In this document: positions 61,100 through 64,000 of the stretch, in pieces
Layout of the letters: every line of letters begins with the position of its first letter
How positions within the stretch are numbered: position 1 is the stretch's first letter
Assembly: GCA_020629235.1 (NCBI GenBank)
Contig: JAHDDS010000004.1
Coordinates: forward strand, 1,794 to 65,793
Direction of reading: 5' to 3'
DNA: 64,000 nucleotides
Source of the DNA: Planktomarina sp.
GTDB lineage: Bacteria; Pseudomonadota; Alphaproteobacteria; Rhodobacterales; Rhodobacteraceae
The notes under the pieces: generated by a model
What the model saw: only the letters and a program-made list of their open reading frames with translations
What the model was told of the DNA's origin: nothing
Database searches by the model: none
Program-made: the position numbers and the translations under genes

Positions 61100-62793
61100 C
61101 CGTCGGGATTGTCATGTTGGTGCACACCGATTTTGACCGCGCCGCCCAAACCGCGCGACACTGGGTGGCGGGCGGCTGTTCGGTGGTGATCCACGTGGAC
61201 AAGAAGGTCAGCTTCAACACCTATACCGATTTTCAGAACGATTTGGCCGATGTGGACGGCATCAAGTTTTCCACCCGGCACGCGTGCGAATGGGGCATGT
61301 GGGGCCTGGTGGCGGCCACCCAGGACGCGTGCCAGTTGATGTTGGACGAATTTCCCGATGTGCGGCACGTGTACCTGGCATCGGGATCGTGCATTCCACT
61401 GCGGCCCGTTCAGGAACTTGTGGCGTATCTGGATGCCAACCCGGACACGGATTTTATCGAAAGTGCCACAATCGAAGACGTGACCTGGGCCATTGACGGG
61501 CTGGAAGAAGAACGGTTCACGCTGCGGTTCCCGTTTTCGTGGCGCAAGCAGCGGCGGCTGTTTGACGGATATGTGCGCCTGCAACGGCGGCTGCGGATCA
61601 AGCGCAAACTGCCATTTAAGATGAAGCCCCATATCGGGTCCCAGTGGTGGTGCCTGACCCGCGAAACCTTGGAAAGCGTGCTGAACGACCCGTTGCGCGA
61701 AAAATACGATGCCTATTTCAGCAAGGTTTGGATCCCCGACGAATCCTATTTCCAGACCATGGTGCGGACCCATTCGCGCAAACTGGAAAGCCGATCGTTG
61801 ACACTGTCCAAGTTCGATTATGATGGCAAACCGCATATTTTCTATGACGATCATTTGCAGCTGTTGCGCCGGTCCGATTGCTTCGTGGCGCGCAAGATTT
61901 GGTCGAACGCAGACAAACTGTACGATGCGTTCTTGCGGTCCCCCGAAGACGCGCTGACCATTGCAGAACCGCAGCCGGAAAAGATCGATCGTCTGTTTTC
62001 CAAAGCGGCAGAACGCCGGGTGCATGGGCGCGACGGGCTGGTGATGCAAAGCCGCGTGCCCGATGATATTTGGCGCCACGGCAAGGCCTGCCGCCGGTAC
62101 GTTGTGCTGGAAGGCTTCGACTCCCTGTTTGAAGATTTCAGCACCTGGCTGGCCCGGGTGGCCGACATGCGCGTGCACGGGCATTTGTTTGCGGAAGAAA
62201 AGGTCGAATTTGCCGGGGGCAACAGCCTGTTCAAAGGCGGGTTGTCCGACAGCAAGCACCTGCGCGACTATGATCCCCAAGCGTTCCTGCGCAATCTGAT
62301 TTGGAATGCCCGCGACGAATACCAAGCCTTCCACTTCGGGCCCGCCGACAACCAGGCGGTGCACTGGGATTTTGTCACCGACAGCAAAGCCATCGTGGTG
62401 CAAATCACCGGGGCTTGGCTGATCGAAGCCTTCAAAGAACAGGCCGATTTCAAAGTGGTGCGCAAACGCGCTGCCAAATTCCAAAAGGCCGAATCCCAAC
62501 ACTTGGATGCGCTGCGGTCCAACTATGCCAATGCGACGGTGCTGACCTGGTCTTTGGCCGAATTTTTGGAAGCGCCCGCAGAAAACATGGCCACCGTTAT
62601 GAACGAAATTGTACCCGGCCTTGGCCCCCACCTGAGCGAGGCACCAAAGATGACTGACCTGACCGGGTTCGGCGACTTTGTGCAGCAGCTGAAAAACGCG
62701 GGCATGAACCCGTATCTGTTGGGGGATTACCGGGAAGATAATGACCGCCCGGAACCCACCCCGGCGGTGCGCAAACCCTATTTGGTGCGATAA
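61096..62793 (+). CDS. GT14/Branch (core-2/I-branching-like) glycosyltransferase with a C-terminal domain of unknown function
   Basis: VIHVD, WGMWGLV, LASGSCIPL, GSQWWCLTR, IPDESYFQT, ARK GT14 motifs; ATG 61096 overlaps the upstream TGA. Confidence 0.82.
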   Translation: MTVGIVMLVHTDFDRAAQTARHWVAGGCSVVIHVDKKVSFNTYTDFQNDLADVDGIKFSTRHACEWGMWGLVAATQDACQLMLDEFPDVRHVYLASGSCIPLRPVQELVAYLDANPDTDFIESATIEDVTWAIDGLEEERFTLRFPFSWRKQRRLFDGYVRLQRRLRIKRKLPFKMKPHIGSQWWCLTRETLESVLNDPLREKYDAYFSKVWIPDESYFQTMVRTHSRKLESRSLTLSKFDYDGKPHIFYDDHLQLLRRSDCFVARKIWSNADKLYDAFLRSPEDALTIAEPQPEKIDRLFSKAAERRVHGRDGLVMQSRVPDDIWRHGKACRRYVVLEGFDSLFEDFSTWLARVADMRVHGHLFAEEKVEFAGGNSLFKGGLSDSKHLRDYDPQAFLRNLIWNARDEYQAFHFGPADNQAVHWDFVTDSKAIVVQITGAWLIEAFKEQADFKVVRKRAAKFQKAESQHLDALRSNYANATVLTWSLAEFLEAPAENMATVMNEIVPGLGPHLSEAPKMTDLTGFGDFVQQLKNAGMNPYLLGDYREDNDRPEPTPAVRKPYLVR

Positions 62794-62796
62794 CTT

Positions 62797-64000
62797 ATGG
62801 CCGGACGATTTGATTACTTTGTGGTGTTCGCAGAAATGCGAACCGGGTCCAATTTCTTGGAAGATAACCTGAACCGATACCCCGACGTTCAGTGCCACGG
62901 GGAAGTGTTCAACCCGCATTTCATCGCCTATCCGGACACGGAAGAAGTGTTCGGGTTCACCCAAGCCGACCGGGAAAAAGACCCGACCGCTGTGGTGGAT
63001 GCCATCAAAGCCAAAAGTGACGGGATCGGTGGGTTTCGGTTCTTCCACGACCACGATGCCCGTGTCTTGGACCACTGCCTGGACGATCCGCGGTGCGCCA
63101 AGGTGGTGTTGACCCGCAATCCGGCGGAAAGCTTCATTTCTTGGAAGATCGCAGAAGCGACAGGTCAGTGGAAATTGACCAACGCCACGCACCAAAAATC
63201 CGAGAAGGTCCATTTTGACGCGGCGGCTTTCGAAGACCACGTGGGCAAGTTGCAGGCGTTTCAGGTTCAACTTCTGAACACCCTGCAGCGCAGCGGGCAG
63301 ACAGCGTTCTATGTGGCCTATGAAGACCTGCAAGATATCGAAATTATGAACGGCCTGGCCAAATTTTTGGGCAGCGACACGGCCATGGACGGCTTGTCGA
63401 AAAAGTTGAAGAAGCAAAACCCCAGCCCCATGTCTGACAAGGTGGAAAACTTTGCCGATATGGAAGCGGCCATGGCGCGGCTGGATCAATTCAACCTGAC
63501 CCGCACGCCCAATTTCGAACCCCGTCGGGGACCGAACTTGCCCACATATGTCATCGCAGCAAAGGCGCCGCTGTTGTTTATGCCCATCAAGGGGGGGCCG
63601 TCCCACAGTGTGAAGCAGTGGATGGCGGATATGGACGGGGTCGATCCGTCTGAATTGCGCAACAATCTGTCCCAAAAGGACGTGCGCCAGTGGAAGCGCC
63701 AGAACAAGGGGCACCGGACCTTTACCGTGGTGCGCCATCCCGTGGCCCGCGCCTATGACGCGTTTTGCCGCCACATCTTTCACACCGGTCCCGGCAGTTA
63801 CAAAGAACTGCGCGGCACCTTGCGCAAAGTGTATCGCTTGCCGCTGCCAGAAAACACGCCGGGGGCTGATTTCAGCGTGGATGACACGCGCGCCGCATTC
63901 CTTAGCTTTGTACAATTCGTCAAGGCGAACCTGTCGGGCCAAACGGCGGTGCGGGTGGACAACGCCTGGGCCAGCCAGGCCCACATCGTCCAAGGATTGG
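62797..64000 (+). CDS. NodH/Stf0-like sulfotransferase with a second sulfotransferase-like domain (partial, runs off window)
   Basis: Translated by hand, absent from the ORF track: MAGRFDYFVVFAEMRTGSNFLE (5'-PSB), HGEVFN, VVLTRNPAESFISW (3'-PB), YEDL; later LFMPIKGG...FTVVRHPVARAYDAF. Confidence 0.88.
   Translation, partial: MAGRFDYFVVFAEMRTGSNFLEDNLNRYPDVQCHGEVFNPHFIAYPDTEEVFGFTQADREKDPTAVVDAIKAKSDGIGGFRFFHDHDARVLDHCLDDPRCAKVVLTRNPAESFISWKIAEATGQWKLTNATHQKSEKVHFDAAAFEDHVGKLQAFQVQLLNTLQRSGQTAFYVAYEDLQDIEIMNGLAKFLGSDTAMDGLSKKLKKQNPSPMSDKVENFADMEAAMARLDQFNLTRTPNFEPRRGPNLPTYVIAAKAPLLFMPIKGGPSHSVKQWMADMDGVDPSELRNNLSQKDVRQWKRQNKGHRTFTVVRHPVARAYDAFCRHIFHTGPGSYKELRGTLRKVYRLPLPENTPGADFSVDDTRAAFLSFVQFVKANLSGQTAVRVDNAWASQAHIVQGL

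Noticed and set aside
60985-63993. 1002-aa minus-strand ORF
   Set aside because: Antisense shadow of the GT14-like and sulfotransferase genes; no recognisable motifs; expected from codon bias in GC-rich genes.
1-64000. tRNA/rRNA genes, CRISPR arrays, IS elements, prophage or defence systems
   Set aside because: Intergenic gaps are all short, and I saw no cloverleaf, spaced direct repeats, transposase, integrase or phage motifs.

Overview
Core chromosomal segment of a Rhodobacterales (Roseobacter-group-like) alphaproteobacterium, close to the replication origin: two perfect parS palindromes sit in the mnmE-mnmG-rsmG-parA-parB block. Most of the window is housekeeping (hemW-rdgB-rph, hrcA-grpE, mutS, maeB, argG, ilvA, hslO, cca, hemH, comF-grxC, ubiG, pip, a Dpp/Opp-type ABC transporter, rimP-nusA-infB, mutT-argJ, secA, radC, dnaK-dnaJ, alkB). 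It ends in a surface-polysaccharide cluster (ABC-2 permease, cysQ, galU, three glycosyltransferases, and a NodH-like sulfotransferase that runs off the window). I found no rRNA, tRNA, CRISPR array, prophage or transposase. The best leads, all hypotheses from reading the sequence by eye, are: (1) a 62-aa protein predicted to mature to an N-terminal Gly-Gly with a C-terminal membrane helix, next to two L,D-transpeptidase-family genes, possibly a peptidoglycan tether module; (2) a probable sulfated-glycan pathway in which the unknown C-terminal domain of a GT14-like enzyme aligns with the neighbouring sulfotransferase but lacks its PAPS motifs; (3) CtrA boxes exactly 23 nt upstream of an ATG at both comF and radC; (4) an RbaY-like PP2C phosphatase with a decayed receiver domain.
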